A stretch of 64,000 nucleotides of DNA, from the IMG/VR virus record IMGVR_UViG_3300028048_001604, one strand, 5' to 3'. The notes under the pieces were generated by a model. It had not been told where the DNA came from and did not search any database. It worked only from the letters and a program-made list of their open reading frames with translations. Both the position numbers and the translations under genes were made by a program. This DNA comes from an uncultured virus (IMG/VR IMGVR_UViG_3300028048_001604). Taxonomy: Duplodnaviria > Heunggongvirae > Uroviricota > Caudoviricetes. This document shows positions 1 to 10,767 of this stretch, piece by piece (position 1 is the stretch's first letter; the number at the start of each line of letters is the position of its first letter).

Positions 1-583
1 CCCCTTCTGCATTACCCTGTCCGTTTGCTTGACCTAATTGATAAGCCTCTGACGTAGGTAAATCATATGAAGTATCGGTATACGTAGCTCGAACATTTAA
101 TGTATCACCTGGTACTACCATATCACCGAAATCTTCGGTAGTTGTAAGACTGATATTCAGCAACTCACCAGACATAGAATACAGATATGAATTTTTCTTA
201 GTCTGCTCACCTAGAGTTGAATCCCAAAACAGGATTGTGTTACCCCGTAAATAGTAGGCTGCATATCTTTTACCTACTACTGCGTCTTTATCAGACCAAC
301 GAACAATAGTACTTCTAGTCTTACCATCAGAGAATTTCATTGTGCCATACTGTTGAAATTCTTTATAATACATATTATATGGCTCAATCATATCTTCTGT
401 AATAAGAGCATTGGCTGAAATTGAGTCACCCTTAATACGTACTACCTTGATTGTTTTACGCGTCTCTATACTACCAATAGCAGTAATAATAGAAACAAAA
501 ATAATAACTCCAAGTGCTAGAAGAATACCTATTGTTCTACTTTTTACAATATTAGCATTTCTAGGTTTCAAATTGATTGCCAT
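1..583 (-). CDS. SAF-domain / Flp pilus assembly CpaB-like membrane-anchored protein (3' end runs off the window)
   Basis: Not in the ORF track; translated by hand from ATG at 583: MAINLKPRNANIVKSRTIGILLALGVIIFVSIITAIG (TM), then VVRIKGDSISANALITEDMI...DAVVGKRYAAYYLRGNTILF (SAF-like) and FGDMVVPGDTLNV (RcpC-like). AAGGAGG RBS upstream. Confidence 0.6.
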   Translation of the reverse strand, partial: MAINLKPRNANIVKSRTIGILLALGVIIFVSIITAIGSIETRKTIKVVRIKGDSISANALITEDMIEPYNMYYKEFQQYGTMKFSDGKTRSTIVRWSDKDAVVGKRYAAYYLRGNTILFWDSTLGEQTKKNSYLYSMSGELLNISLTTTEDFGDMVVPGDTLNVRATYTDTSYDLPTSEAYQLGQANGQGNAEG

Positions 584-594
584 TTCAAGCCTCC

Positions 595-2178
595 TTAATT
601 ATTGAAATCTGCTTGTACATACAGTGTTATATACCCTCTATCTAACATGGGTAAAATAAGACCATCTTCTAATAATACCCCGAATGATTTGACGATTTTA
701 CCGTCTACATTATATTCTATATATTTGTATTGTTTATTACCGTCTGAATCACGTTCAATTTTGAACTTCCTATTTGTACGTGGGTCTACCCTATCTGGAA
801 TCTCACCTCGTAGAATATCGTTTTCAGTAAGTTCACGTTCTTTGTAACGAGATGCAGTAATAGAGTAATTGTCTCCAGTATAACGATAATAAATTCTATC
901 TTCATTTACAAGATACGTATTTTCAGTAGCGTCTTGACTACCCCTATTCATTATTGTAAACATCATATTGTTTACATCAATAACAGTAGGATTAGTATGA
1001 TGTTGAACTAGTTCAGCGTCAGCTATTTGATAATTCAACTCATTAAAGATTTTACCGTCTCTATCAGGCTTAAAATTCTTTATACCAAAAGCGTCTTTGT
1101 GCCCTCTAGCGTCTACTCCTAAAGATTGGAAAATCATTTTGTAATCTACGTCTTTATATTTACCACGTACAGATGCTCTTGTAACTACCCCGTGCCTTAT
1201 AGTCAGACCTAGAGTTGTTACATTTTTATGATTATCTTTATACTTACTACAAACTGCACCGATAAAACTTTCTAAAGGTATATTTTGGTCTGCAAAAGCA
1301 TTTGAGCCTATACAAATTACGTGTAGATTTGATAAGGTTAAAGGGTGACTCTTTTCTAGCATAAGACCTACAAGTTCTTTTTGGTCAGCCTGTATGTTTC
1401 CAACAGGAGCTGACTTACCCAAAACGAAGTCTACTGCCTCAGCTTTCATACCATATCTTAACATAGAATTGATAAAAGGACTTAAACTGAAATCAATAAA
1501 ATTTCTAGTAAGACGTGGTGCCCCAAACTGATAATCTTTACGCATACCTGAATAATAGGCAGACATTAGCCACTTAAAATACCCAACCTGTACGCTTTTC
1601 TTATACAAATCTTTTAGATATGTACGAGAATCAGCATTTCCAATGTGTCTTACATCAGAAAGTAATGTAATACCAACCATAGCACGGTGTTCTTGCGTAG
1701 CAAAATCGGGATATAATTTAGATATTACTTCATAGAAAACACCTGCCCCAGACTGATACCGTTTTTCTGGGTCTTCAAAGGTATACTGATTACAAATAAG
1801 AATACCTTCACACCCTGTAGAGTTAGATGTAACGTGAATAAATTCAGATGCGTCATCTTCTTCGGCTATATCGTGATGGTCTGTTGCTAGTACAACAACA
1901 TCTGAATCTACTAATTCTTGCAATTTAGCCTTTGAAATATTAAAATCGGCAGTAATAACCAAATAACCACGCAATTCTTCAACTGGCTTAAGAAAACCAT
2001 GGTCTCTGTTGTCATTTACCCAAGTTTTGTAATCAGTTCTACCCAAAATTTGCTCGGCAAAATCAACTTCTAATTTAAGCGAATACAGACCATCTACATC
2101 CGGGTCTCCATATAGAAGAAGAGGTCTGTTTTTGTACTTATTCAATATTCTTCGATAATCACTTATACCCTTGTACAT
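595..2178 (-). CDS. recJ: DHH-family RecJ-like single-stranded DNA exonuclease
   Basis: YGDPDVDG, ITAD, TDHH, SGAGV, LSDV motifs and DHHA1-like SVRG...RGHKDAFG. Confidence 0.8.
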   Translation of the reverse strand: MYKGISDYRRILNKYKNRPLLLYGDPDVDGLYSLKLEVDFAEQILGRTDYKTWVNDNRDHGFLKPVEELRGYLVITADFNISKAKLQELVDSDVVVLATDHHDIAEEDDASEFIHVTSNSTGCEGILICNQYTFEDPEKRYQSGAGVFYEVISKLYPDFATQEHRAMVGITLLSDVRHIGNADSRTYLKDLYKKSVQVGYFKWLMSAYYSGMRKDYQFGAPRLTRNFIDFSLSPFINSMLRYGMKAEAVDFVLGKSAPVGNIQADQKELVGLMLEKSHPLTLSNLHVICIGSNAFADQNIPLESFIGAVCSKYKDNHKNVTTLGLTIRHGVVTRASVRGKYKDVDYKMIFQSLGVDARGHKDAFGIKNFKPDRDGKIFNELNYQIADAELVQHHTNPTVIDVNNMMFTIMNRGSQDATENTYLVNEDRIYYRYTGDNYSITASRYKERELTENDILRGEIPDRVDPRTNRKFKIERDSDGNKQYKYIEYNVDGKIVKSFGVLLEDGLILPMLDRGYITLYVQADFNN

Positions 2179-2373
2179 TTAACTACCTCCCTTCCATAGT
2201 ATTTCTTTCAACTGCTTTTCCGAATAAATTCTGTAGCCTGTAGGAGTTTTATGGTCTGGTTTTAGAATACCACGTTTGTCCCAATTACGAAGAGTCGTTG
2301 CAGATACCCCTAGCAATCGGGCAAATTCGTCTATCTTGTAGAACTTTTCCTTGGCATTACTTGATGCCTCCAT
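2179..2373 (-). CDS. Stand-alone MerR-type HTH DNA-binding protein (resembles the IS607 TnpA N-terminal HTH)
   Basis: YKIDEFARLLGVSATTLRNWDKRG...TPTGYRIYS. Confidence 0.8.
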   Translation of the reverse strand: MEASSNAKEKFYKIDEFARLLGVSATTLRNWDKRGILKPDHKTPTGYRIYSEKQLKEILWKGGS

Positions 2374-2379
2374 ACTTAT

Positions 2380-2595
2380 CTACCCTTTCTTTTCAACTTC
2401 CTCTAAAAGTTCACGAACAGTATCGACATTCATTCGACCAATCTCCTTGTCACCAAAATTCCTTGTAGAATCAATTTGTTCAGCTGCTTCAATTAAGGTA
2501 CTAACTGCATCTCTACCGCACAACCGAATAGAACCGTCAGTATCAAATACTTTGCGAGCAACTTCACAAAAACATTCTTCGTCTTTGCTTTTCAT
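2380..2595 (-). CDS. hypothetical protein
   Basis: 71-aa ORF, GGAGGT RBS, co-oriented with neighbours. Confidence 0.6.
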   Translation of the reverse strand: MKSKDEECFCEVARKVFDTDGSIRLCGRDAVSTLIEAAEQIDSTRNFGDKEIGRMNVDTVRELLEEVEKKG

Positions 2596-2725
2596 ATCAT
2601 ACCTCCGTTACAAATACCAAATTTGTGATATAAAAATACTCCTCCCCACATATTATAATAACATAGTATGCAGAAAGGAGTAACAAAGTCTTATAAAGTT
2701 TTTATACAAGTACTAATGATACAAA

Positions 2726-3484
2726 TTACAACTCACCTTCGAGGTCACTATCATCATCGTCATCATCGTCTTCAACATAATCACTATCTTCGCTAAAATC
2801 ATCATCGTCTGCACTTACAGAATCCATAAAGGTATTAAGCGTTCTAGACTGCTCCTTTGCGAGAGCCTCGTTCTTAATAGTTGCTACCCAACCCAAAGAA
2901 AGGTCACGAATCTTATCAAAAAGTTCCTTAAAATAGAAACTAAATGAACCTGTACTACCACCAAGAATGAGTGAGTGCTGGAATTCATATGGAAATCTTG
3001 AGTAGTAATCTTTACCCATTCCTGTAATGAAAGAGAGAAGATTATTTGCATCTGTCCACTTAATCTCATTCATACCGATAGCAGAAGAAAAATTATCACC
3101 ACAAAAGACTGCTAACATAGTATTTTCGCCTGACTTATTTTTAGCATTTACACAAACAAGACCGTTTGTAACGTGGACTAGCATATACCCCTGCTCTAGG
3201 AAGATAACGTCTACGTTTGCTACATTCTTCTCTTTAGATACAAGATTTGTTAGACCAAATTCCTTACAAATAAAATACTTATTAGCAACCCTAACTACAT
3301 CAGTACCATCTGACTCGGTAGCCTTTAATACCAATGACGAAGTTGTATCGTCTGCTTCAAGAGTTACAGGTGTGAGGTTAGACTCCAAAACAGAATCTTC
3401 AATCTTGAGAGTTTTATACCCATGACTGCGTATTTTGTATTCCTTGACACCATCGTTGTTAATATCTACAAAAACTGACTGCAT
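2726..3484 (-). CDS. hypothetical protein with acidic C-terminal tail
   Basis: 252-aa ORF, AGGAGG RBS, consensus promoter upstream, D/E-rich tail. Confidence 0.7.
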   Translation of the reverse strand: MQSVFVDINNDGVKEYKIRSHGYKTLKIEDSVLESNLTPVTLEADDTTSSLVLKATESDGTDVVRVANKYFICKEFGLTNLVSKEKNVANVDVIFLEQGYMLVHVTNGLVCVNAKNKSGENTMLAVFCGDNFSSAIGMNEIKWTDANNLLSFITGMGKDYYSRFPYEFQHSLILGGSTGSFSFYFKELFDKIRDLSLGWVATIKNEALAKEQSRTLNTFMDSVSADDDDFSEDSDYVEDDDDDDDSDLEGEL

Positions 3485-3532
3485 AATTGTAAACCCTCCT
3501 AATGCAAATTGCTTTACTTAATTTCTAATAAT

Positions 3533-3561
3533 ATTATACTAAAAATATGCTTGATTGTCAA
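3533..3561 (-). promoter_or_regulatory. sigmaA/sigma70 promoter
   Basis: TTGACA-17 nt-TATAAT, perfect consensus, intergenic. Confidence 0.85.
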
Positions 3562-3597
3562 TAGTATATGTAAAAATTTTCGCACAATCTCGACATA

Positions 3598-4461
3598 CTA
3601 TAATGCGTTTAGTATATCTTCCATAGCCTTATCAGATAAATTAGGGTCAACTAATTCTTTACAGAACTTGCCTTCTTCTATTGCTTTCAGTAAAACGTGC
3701 ATTTGATAGCAATTATAGACTGCATACCCATCTTTGTCTTGCAGGCAAACTTCACTTATATTAATACCCTTTTCATATGCGTTTAACAATTCATACAACT
3801 CGTCTTTTGTAAACTTTGGTGTCACATAAGACAAAAAATCGTTTAAGTTTACCCTATCTGCATACGAGAGCAAAATATACAGATTTTCAGTAGACCAAGC
3901 CTCATCTAAAAGTAGCTGAATATCCAGACCTTTGCGTAACATTTTCATATAGGCGTTTACACGTTCTTCGTCTAGGTCTTGTTCGTCTTGGAGTAGCCAC
4001 ATAGGATACCCCTTCTTCAAACCTTTACAAAAAATAGGTACTAAGTCAGCCTTGATTTTGGTAAAATCAACTCTTGAAATATCAGTACCCATATAGGTAA
4101 ATTCGGCTAAAACTTCAAACGTAGATGGTAATACTCTGCACGACTTGTTATTTGAAATATAAACTAGTAAATTTGAACACAACTCGGATTGCTTATAAGT
4201 ATTTCTTATGTAATATAAAGTCTTACCCGTAGCATTTACACATAAATAATCTAGCGGTAACATTTCACGCAAGGCTAATCTAATCTGCCCTAACTTATAA
4301 CTATCGTTACCGCATACTTTAATAAATGGAATAATAGGAGTATCATCTAGTATTGCTAAACGAATTTCATCTAATACGTCTGGAGAGCAATCACTAAATA
4401 TTGACTTATAATTATCTAGGGTGACACGAATATCATTATATTTAATACTCACCATTATCAC
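3598..4461 (-). CDS. hypothetical helical-repeat protein
   Basis: 287-aa ORF with recurring EIRLAI / QIRLAL / QMHVLLKAIEEG / KGLDI / KGINI elements. Confidence 0.65.
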   Translation of the reverse strand: MIMVSIKYNDIRVTLDNYKSIFSDCSPDVLDEIRLAILDDTPIIPFIKVCGNDSYKLGQIRLALREMLPLDYLCVNATGKTLYYIRNTYKQSELCSNLLVYISNNKSCRVLPSTFEVLAEFTYMGTDISRVDFTKIKADLVPIFCKGLKKGYPMWLLQDEQDLDEERVNAYMKMLRKGLDIQLLLDEAWSTENLYILLSYADRVNLNDFLSYVTPKFTKDELYELLNAYEKGINISEVCLQDKDGYAVYNCYQMHVLLKAIEEGKFCKELVDPNLSDKAMEDILNAL

Positions 4462-5149
4462 CTCTATAAGCCGAATAATTGCCTGTTACAATAATACCCT
4501 TTAACCTTGCATTTTTATTACGTGCCTCACGAAGTTGTTCTTTCAAGTATTCATATTCTTTTTCAATCCTACATCTTCTAGAGAGTGTATTGTTATCTTC
4601 ACGCAATCTATCAAGTTCCCTACGCATAGCTACCAAATCATATTCTTCGTGACCTACATAGCTGTCTGCGTTCCTATTGAATTCAGAAACAGACGGAATA
4701 GACTCCTCAACTTTTTTTGGTGCCTTGATATTTTCAACTTTTGGCTTTTTAACTTTTGGCTTTTTAACCTTTTCTGGTGTCTCGATATTTTTAACACCTT
4801 TAATAGTACGCATTACGTCTTCCAAAGTAAAAAGTTCAGACTTTGGTACACACTCCTCAACGAATTTCTTACGCATATCAATATCAAAATGTTTGACTGT
4901 AATATCTACATCAAGGTCTTTCAAACGTACAAGACCTTTACCCATATTGATTGAGAAATGTGGCTCTGTAAAAAACACGTTGCGTAATTCAGTTTTTGAA
5001 ATACCTACACGTGTGTGGGTCAGATACCTACTACCTTTATAAGTATAAGCCTGACCTGCAGGTACATAAAACTTATTATTTTCTACATCATAATAAACTA
5101 CACACTCACCTTTTATAGATGCGTCGTTTTTATACAATCTTACTAACAT
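4442..5149 (-). CDS. hypothetical protein with KKPKV repeats and C-terminal coiled coil
   Basis: 235-aa ORF, AGGAG RBS, own promoter. Confidence 0.7.
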   Translation of the reverse strand: MLVRLYKNDASIKGECVVYYDVENNKFYVPAGQAYTYKGSRYLTHTRVGISKTELRNVFFTEPHFSINMGKGLVRLKDLDVDITVKHFDIDMRKKFVEECVPKSELFTLEDVMRTIKGVKNIETPEKVKKPKVKKPKVENIKAPKKVEESIPSVSEFNRNADSYVGHEEYDLVAMRRELDRLREDNNTLSRRCRIEKEYEYLKEQLREARNKNARLKGIIVTGNYSAYRGDNGEY

Positions 5150-5184
5150 AGTAAACTCCTTTGATTTAACTTTATTGTATAATT

Positions 5185-5213
5185 ATTATAACACGGAATC
5201 TGAATTCAGTCAA
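5185..5213 (-). promoter_or_regulatory. sigmaA promoter with extended -10
   Basis: TTGACT-17 nt-TATAAT with TG extension. Confidence 0.8.
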
Positions 5214-5220
5214 TAGCAAC

Positions 5221-5526
5221 TCACAAAGAAATATTCAGAATACCCTTGTAGCCTGTTGAGTCTATAAGCATATACAGATATACTAAAATCGCAAATATAA
5301 ATAAAAATAACATACCTTGAATTATTGAAATCAAAGTAAAAGACTTCAAAGATTTATACTTACGATAAATTACCTTTTTATGCAATGCATTCTTTGCATA
5401 CTCAACAAAATTATCGTATTCAGACAACCTAAAGAATCTACTTATTATTAGTGGAGCAAGGATATTATATACACCAAAATACCCTAGCACAACTAAAAAG
5501 AATGTATATAAATCAATTAACTTCAT
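5221..5526 (-). CDS. small membrane protein (2 TM)
   Basis: two hydrophobic stretches in a 101-aa ORF. Confidence 0.55.
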   Translation of the reverse strand: MKLIDLYTFFLVVLGYFGVYNILAPLIISRFFRLSEYDNFVEYAKNALHKKVIYRKYKSLKSFTLISIIQGMLFLFIFAILVYLYMLIDSTGYKGILNISL

Positions 5527-5528
5527 AC

Positions 5529-7835
5529 TCAGCTACCTAAAGACATAGTCTGACCGTGATTTGGGTTTTCTACCATAACATTCATTTCGTCTATAAACAT
5601 ACCATGTTTGCCTACAAGAGTATAGATATGCTCACGTTCCTTGGCACGTGTACAAGCAATATAATGTACCCTACGCTCTTCCGCTACAAGGTCGGCGTCT
5701 GATAAATCAGTTTTGCTAGACGGAAATACACCATCACTATCATTCCAAATATAAACCGAGTCTGCTTCCTTACCCTTAAACTCATGTACAGTTGCTATCG
5801 TAATATTAGCATTTTTCAACTTGATAGCATTTTTAAGCCTGTCATTTATTCTAACTACATCATCTACAAATTCACGAATTGTGGCATAGTTGTTACGTTC
5901 TATAAGATTAAGTAACGCAGAAATCAGAGTTTTAGCACTCTCATTATATGTGGTTTTCTTTGCAAACGTCTTATCATACATATAAGCATACAGATAACGC
6001 AAACCAATAATATCCGCATATTGTACCCGATTACCCTGTTCATCAAACATCTCAGCACGTACAGACTTAATCAATTCTAGTAAAGATGGGCAACTATATT
6101 CAATATCTTCTAAAGGCATTGTCCATATTGTCATAGCACTTGTCTTGGTTTTACTATTTTCCAACGCATTTACTAATTCATTTACCTCGTACCTAGCATA
6201 ATAAGGTACAAGCATATTTAATGCAGACCGTACCTTTGTATCGCTTAACTGCATAAACAAATTAGCAATATTAAGAATACTACGTGGAAGTGAAGAAGAT
6301 AACGTCATGCCCTCAGACGAAATAGAATATCTACCCAATTTTGCTTTTTCAATATTTAATGCAGGAATGATACCTTCAAAATTAGTTCTACACAAAATTG
6401 CTACACTACGATTAGCATTAATATCTTCATCTATTGATTTAATAAGGTGGTCTGTCATATTAGACAAAGACATAAATTCATAGGCGTGTAATTCGCCTCC
6501 TTCCCTAGCACTTTTGATTGCTTGATTTTCAGAATCTTTATTCAAATGAATACTAGGTATGATAGGAGAAAGAATAGCCTCAGGACACCGCCAATTTACA
6601 CTCAAAGGAGTAATATTAGGATTGAAATCTTTAGGAAAATTCTCGGTCAGAACCTTACTATCACTACCCCTAAAGGAATAGATTATTTGAGATTGGTCTC
6701 CTACGACTACAATTTTACCTTTTGTTGGTATACCCGTATAAAGGGCGTCACGTTTATCAGTATCGAAAGTAGCGTCTGTATTTTCTACAAGATTGCCTCG
6801 CCTATAAGCACGTAGAATAGCATATTGAATTTGAGATGTATCTTGAAATTCATCTAGGTACATATAGTTGTAACGTGACGCTACAACATTTTGAACCGCA
6901 GGGTTTGGAGTAACATACAGATAACGATATAACAACTCGGAAATATCTTCAAAATCCATTACCCCACTTGCAATTCTTTCGCTAGAATACAACTGAATTA
7001 GCATATCAGTAACTTGTTTATTAAGGCAGTAGTCTGGAGCAGACGGGTGGCAATACTTTTTATCATCAAGCCTACTCCTAGCATAGGTAATTATTGAACC
7101 GATAATACGATAATCTTCGGCAGTTAAATTCTTACCATCATTTCTAACAATATGAGCCTTTCTAATAGCCCTTCTAAAGCAACCATCTAGTGTGGATTGT
7201 TCGCCAATATTGACCGTTACACCCATAGATTCAAGACAACGCTTAAATTCAGCATCTAGAGTACTAAACACAATCTGACCGGCAGTTTCAGAATACCCTA
7301 GTTTTCTTTGCCATTTTAACAGAGCTTGTTTCAACTCTTCCGCACCTGAACGTAAAAATGTACCTACAAATACCTTGTCTACAACTTGAACATTCATACC
7401 ATTAGGTAATGTCTGTACACGCATACAAGAGCCTGTTGCAATATCTTTTTGAATCTTAGAAATCAGAGCCGTTGTTTTACCTGCACCTGCTGCTGCGTTA
7501 ATAATCTGATTGCCATCAGTAGTTAACGCATAGTACAATTCAGTATATTCAATGTTATCATAGTCTGGCTTATAGTTTTTGCGTTCTTCATCAGACATAG
7601 CCATATATTGATTTTCCGTAACTACTTTAGGTAAATCTAAAGTTTCAGATACACAAACAAAAGGTAACTTGTAAATCAGTTTACCCGTCTTGTGTACTTG
7701 CGTTAAATATGCCCCTAGAGTAGTTTTAGTATTAAATACAGGAGCATAAACTTGTTTTGGTTTTTCATATGTACTACCCAAATTCGCCTTAAAATTTGCT
7801 AGGCGGTCTAATGTTGACATTAATTTACACCTCAC
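5529..7835 (-). CDS. UvrD/PcrA/Rep-family superfamily 1A DNA helicase (start may be 7820)
   Basis: AAAGAGKTT, YLDEFQDTS, VVGDQSQIIYSFRGS, NWRC, AILCRTN, TVHEFKGKE, EERRVHYIACTRAK. Confidence 0.95.
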   Translation of the reverse strand: MRCKLMSTLDRLANFKANLGSTYEKPKQVYAPVFNTKTTLGAYLTQVHKTGKLIYKLPFVCVSETLDLPKVVTENQYMAMSDEERKNYKPDYDNIEYTELYYALTTDGNQIINAAAGAGKTTALISKIQKDIATGSCMRVQTLPNGMNVQVVDKVFVGTFLRSGAEELKQALLKWQRKLGYSETAGQIVFSTLDAEFKRCLESMGVTVNIGEQSTLDGCFRRAIRKAHIVRNDGKNLTAEDYRIIGSIITYARSRLDDKKYCHPSAPDYCLNKQVTDMLIQLYSSERIASGVMDFEDISELLYRYLYVTPNPAVQNVVASRYNYMYLDEFQDTSQIQYAILRAYRRGNLVENTDATFDTDKRDALYTGIPTKGKIVVVGDQSQIIYSFRGSDSKVLTENFPKDFNPNITPLSVNWRCPEAILSPIIPSIHLNKDSENQAIKSAREGGELHAYEFMSLSNMTDHLIKSIDEDINANRSVAILCRTNFEGIIPALNIEKAKLGRYSISSEGMTLSSSLPRSILNIANLFMQLSDTKVRSALNMLVPYYARYEVNELVNALENSKTKTSAMTIWTMPLEDIEYSCPSLLELIKSVRAEMFDEQGNRVQYADIIGLRYLYAYMYDKTFAKKTTYNESAKTLISALLNLIERNNYATIREFVDDVVRINDRLKNAIKLKNANITIATVHEFKGKEADSVYIWNDSDGVFPSSKTDLSDADLVAEERRVHYIACTRAKEREHIYTLVGKHGMFIDEMNVMVENPNHGQTMSLGS

Positions 7836-8475
7836 TTAAAATACTTTCATTCTTAAGCCACAATTCTACTTCTGTACGGTCTATGATTGCATCTATAGAT
7901 GCACCCTGAGTTGCATAGCAAGACCAAGCAATATAATCATTCAAATCATGCAACTCAACAACATAGTCTTCTAACTCAATCTGAGCGAGGTTTACACCAT
8001 AGACCTTCTGCACAGAGCGGTCTTCTGCATAGGCTACGAATACATACCCCGATTCAGCTAGTTTTCTTACACTACAAGAATATACATTTTCAATTAATAT
8101 GTCTCCTATAACAATATCAGACAAAGAAGTTTCTTTATCTTTTCGTAGGATAACCGCACCTGTTACGTCTTCAGTTACAATCCAATCAAAATACACATAA
8201 TCTGTTAGACGTACTAACTTACCTAAAACACAATCGTAACGTATAAGACAATTCAGATTATCCTCGTTACAATCCCTAAAATATAGGAAACGAACGTCAG
8301 CATTATTGCATGAAAAATGTTGAATACAATATAGGTTATTGTAATCCGTACCGACTACCCTATATGCATCTTTTTCAGGAATACCCTTGGACAAATCAAC
8401 GTCTACACTATGATTAATGTAATCTACAACTTCACTACTAGTTTCAAAGTCTATCAAATCATCAAACTGTATCAT
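7825..8475 (-). CDS. hypothetical protein, paralog of 8484..9200
   Basis: shares GTxxNxLY, YDCxxGxLxxxTD, GAVILxKD with its neighbour. Confidence 0.7.
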   Translation of the reverse strand: MIQFDDLIDFETSSEVVDYINHSVDVDLSKGIPEKDAYRVVGTDYNNLYCIQHFSCNNADVRFLYFRDCNEDNLNCLIRYDCVLGKLVRLTDYVYFDWIVTEDVTGAVILRKDKETSLSDIVIGDILIENVYSCSVRKLAESGYVFVAYAEDRSVQKVYGVNLAQIELEDYVVELHDLNDYIAWSCYATQGASIDAIIDRTEVELWLKNESILSEV

Positions 8476-8483
8476 AAAGCCAC

Positions 8484-9200
8484 CTATCTAATACCGAATT
8501 TGCATAACTGAGATAAAAGATTTGCACACAAGTTAATAACTTGTTTAGAAGATACATTGTCTAATAACCCAAAGTTATACATTCTATTTACAACTGTATC
8601 ATACCAATTCAAAAAATCTACACTTGATTCAATCTTACGGTACATAGGTGCCTCATCCTTAGGTAAAGGCTTTTCTTTAGTAGGTATGCCCATATACGTT
8701 TCCGAAAAAACGTGATTCGTATACGCATATACACCTTTAATATTTTCATCTTCACCAAAAGGGATAAATATGCAAGAACCAATTTGTTGCAAATCAAGTA
8801 AATGACAACCAACTATATCTTTTACAAATGTACCACCAAAATACAAGTCTCCTACATCATTAACCAAATCTTTATAAAGAATTACCGCACCAACTATACT
8901 ATCATAAGTATCAGCAGTAGCATACCAATCTGTTATAGCCTTTAGAGTACCCTTTTCGCAATCGTATTCTACTAAACGCAGACGGTCTTCTTCAACGAGT
9001 TGGACAAATATAATAGAACACAATTCGCCGTCTGCTTTATAAGTATACGTTTCTACATACAGAGGGTTAAACTCAGTACCCGTTATTGCCAAATAATCTT
9101 CTACATTAAGACCTTTTGCATTACATATATTTTCCAACGCATTGAATACGGCTTGTAGCTCTAAATCATATCGACACTTTTTGATAACATCAAACTTCAT
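8484..9200 (-). CDS. hypothetical protein, paralog of 7825..8475
   Basis: shared motifs as above; AAAGGTG RBS. Confidence 0.7.
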   Translation of the reverse strand: MKFDVIKKCRYDLELQAVFNALENICNAKGLNVEDYLAITGTEFNPLYVETYTYKADGELCSIIFVQLVEEDRLRLVEYDCEKGTLKAITDWYATADTYDSIVGAVILYKDLVNDVGDLYFGGTFVKDIVGCHLLDLQQIGSCIFIPFGEDENIKGVYAYTNHVFSETYMGIPTKEKPLPKDEAPMYRKIESSVDFLNWYDTVVNRMYNFGLLDNVSSKQVINLCANLLSQLCKFGIR

Positions 9201-9223
9201 AAAAGCACCTTTCTACAAAAATA

Positions 9224-10717
9224 TTAGAATAAAGATAACAATCTTGATTCTACACCTTCCCTTAAAACACCGTAGTGTGTTGTTAAAGAATCAGAACTAT
9301 AAATACCCATATCTTTGCCTTCTACATAATCATCATACATAGCCTTACCACCTAGATATGCTTTCTTAAACAAACCCAAATCGATAGGCACATTATATTC
9401 AGAACAAATCCAATATATCAGTTGGTTTTGTGGCATATCTACAAGCAAATATTCGTCACTACCCATATATTTTGGAATACATTGTTTTATACTATCGTCT
9501 GCTTGCGATAAAGGTACAATAAACATAGATTCAAAACTTAAATAATATTCAACACCTAAATCGATAAACTCGACAGACATTTTTGTAGTATTCAAATCTA
9601 TATAAGGCGGTTTGCTATACATACTTTTGACTTCGGTTGTATATAACTTATTCCAAATAAATTCAGAGTGGACAAAAGTATCAGTAGTATTGATACACAA
9701 AAGCGTAACCGCTTTACTTGTAACATTTTGAATAATTGCAATTTTTGCAGACTCGATAGCACCACGCACATTTGACTTAGTTGGTTGAGTTCTTGTATAT
9801 AATATTACAGGAGAGCCAACAAGCATACCCAATTCTTCCATACGTTTTAACTTATCTTGAGCAGACCTAAACGCGTCTCCGTCTTCATTTACATACTTAC
9901 TACACAAACCCATATCCATACCCTTTGTGTACCAAGCATTATAACCACATTGTCGCTTTAGGATATCTAACCGACCGATTACTTCATTGTTGTGGTATTC
10001 ATTTTCTTCATCAGATAAATTCAACTTTTCAATACGCAACATTGTGTCCCGTTCATCTAAAGTAAAGAATACATTAGAAGATAGAGCCTGCGTACATTCA
10101 GACAGTATAAGAGGGTAACTTAAACTATCTTGCGCTAACAAAGTTTCAGTATCCAAATATACAAGCAATTTCTCAAAGAATACCCCCGAATGATTTTGAA
10201 TTACATACCAAGCGAACAAGGATAACCACGTCTGACCAGCATAGCGTGTGTTGATAAGGCTACGGTTTATACTACACATTTTACTAGACTCGCCTACACA
10301 TTTGAATACAAGAAAATCATCAACCCGTTTTAACATTACCCTAACTGGTTTAGGATTATGAATTTTATAAGCATAATCACGAGAATATTGAGAATACTCG
10401 GCAAAATCAAAATCAACTTCATTTTCTACGATAAACTGATTGAAGATAAGTTTGTAATTATTAACGTCAGCCTCGTCATCAAGAAGTAACAAATCACTAG
10501 GTACATTTACATTTACAAGATACCCTTCTGCAACCGCTACCCTTAAATATGGAAATACATAAGTTGAATACAAAGATTTATCAAGAGTAATATTTTGTAA
10601 CGATACAGATTCATTATGTAACAACTTGGAATATTTACCCAACTCGATGATATAGTATAATTCACAAGCAGTATTTACGATATTGCAAGGGTATATGTCT
10701 GTTAACTTAATAGCCAT
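9224..10717 (-). CDS. hypothetical protein
   Basis: 497-aa ORF with AAGGA RBS and promoter upstream. Confidence 0.75.
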   Translation of the reverse strand: MAIKLTDIYPCNIVNTACELYYIIELGKYSKLLHNESVSLQNITLDKSLYSTYVFPYLRVAVAEGYLVNVNVPSDLLLLDDEADVNNYKLIFNQFIVENEVDFDFAEYSQYSRDYAYKIHNPKPVRVMLKRVDDFLVFKCVGESSKMCSINRSLINTRYAGQTWLSLFAWYVIQNHSGVFFEKLLVYLDTETLLAQDSLSYPLILSECTQALSSNVFFTLDERDTMLRIEKLNLSDEENEYHNNEVIGRLDILKRQCGYNAWYTKGMDMGLCSKYVNEDGDAFRSAQDKLKRMEELGMLVGSPVILYTRTQPTKSNVRGAIESAKIAIIQNVTSKAVTLLCINTTDTFVHSEFIWNKLYTTEVKSMYSKPPYIDLNTTKMSVEFIDLGVEYYLSFESMFIVPLSQADDSIKQCIPKYMGSDEYLLVDMPQNQLIYWICSEYNVPIDLGLFKKAYLGGKAMYDDYVEGKDMGIYSSDSLTTHYGVLREGVESRLLSLF

Positions 10718-10738
10718 AATCTAATTCCTTTCGTATAT

Positions 10739-10767
10739 ATTATACCATAAAAACTATATAAAATCAA
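10739..10767 (-). promoter_or_regulatory. sigmaA promoter with extended -10
   Basis: TTGATT-17 nt-TATAAT with TG extension. Confidence 0.7.
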
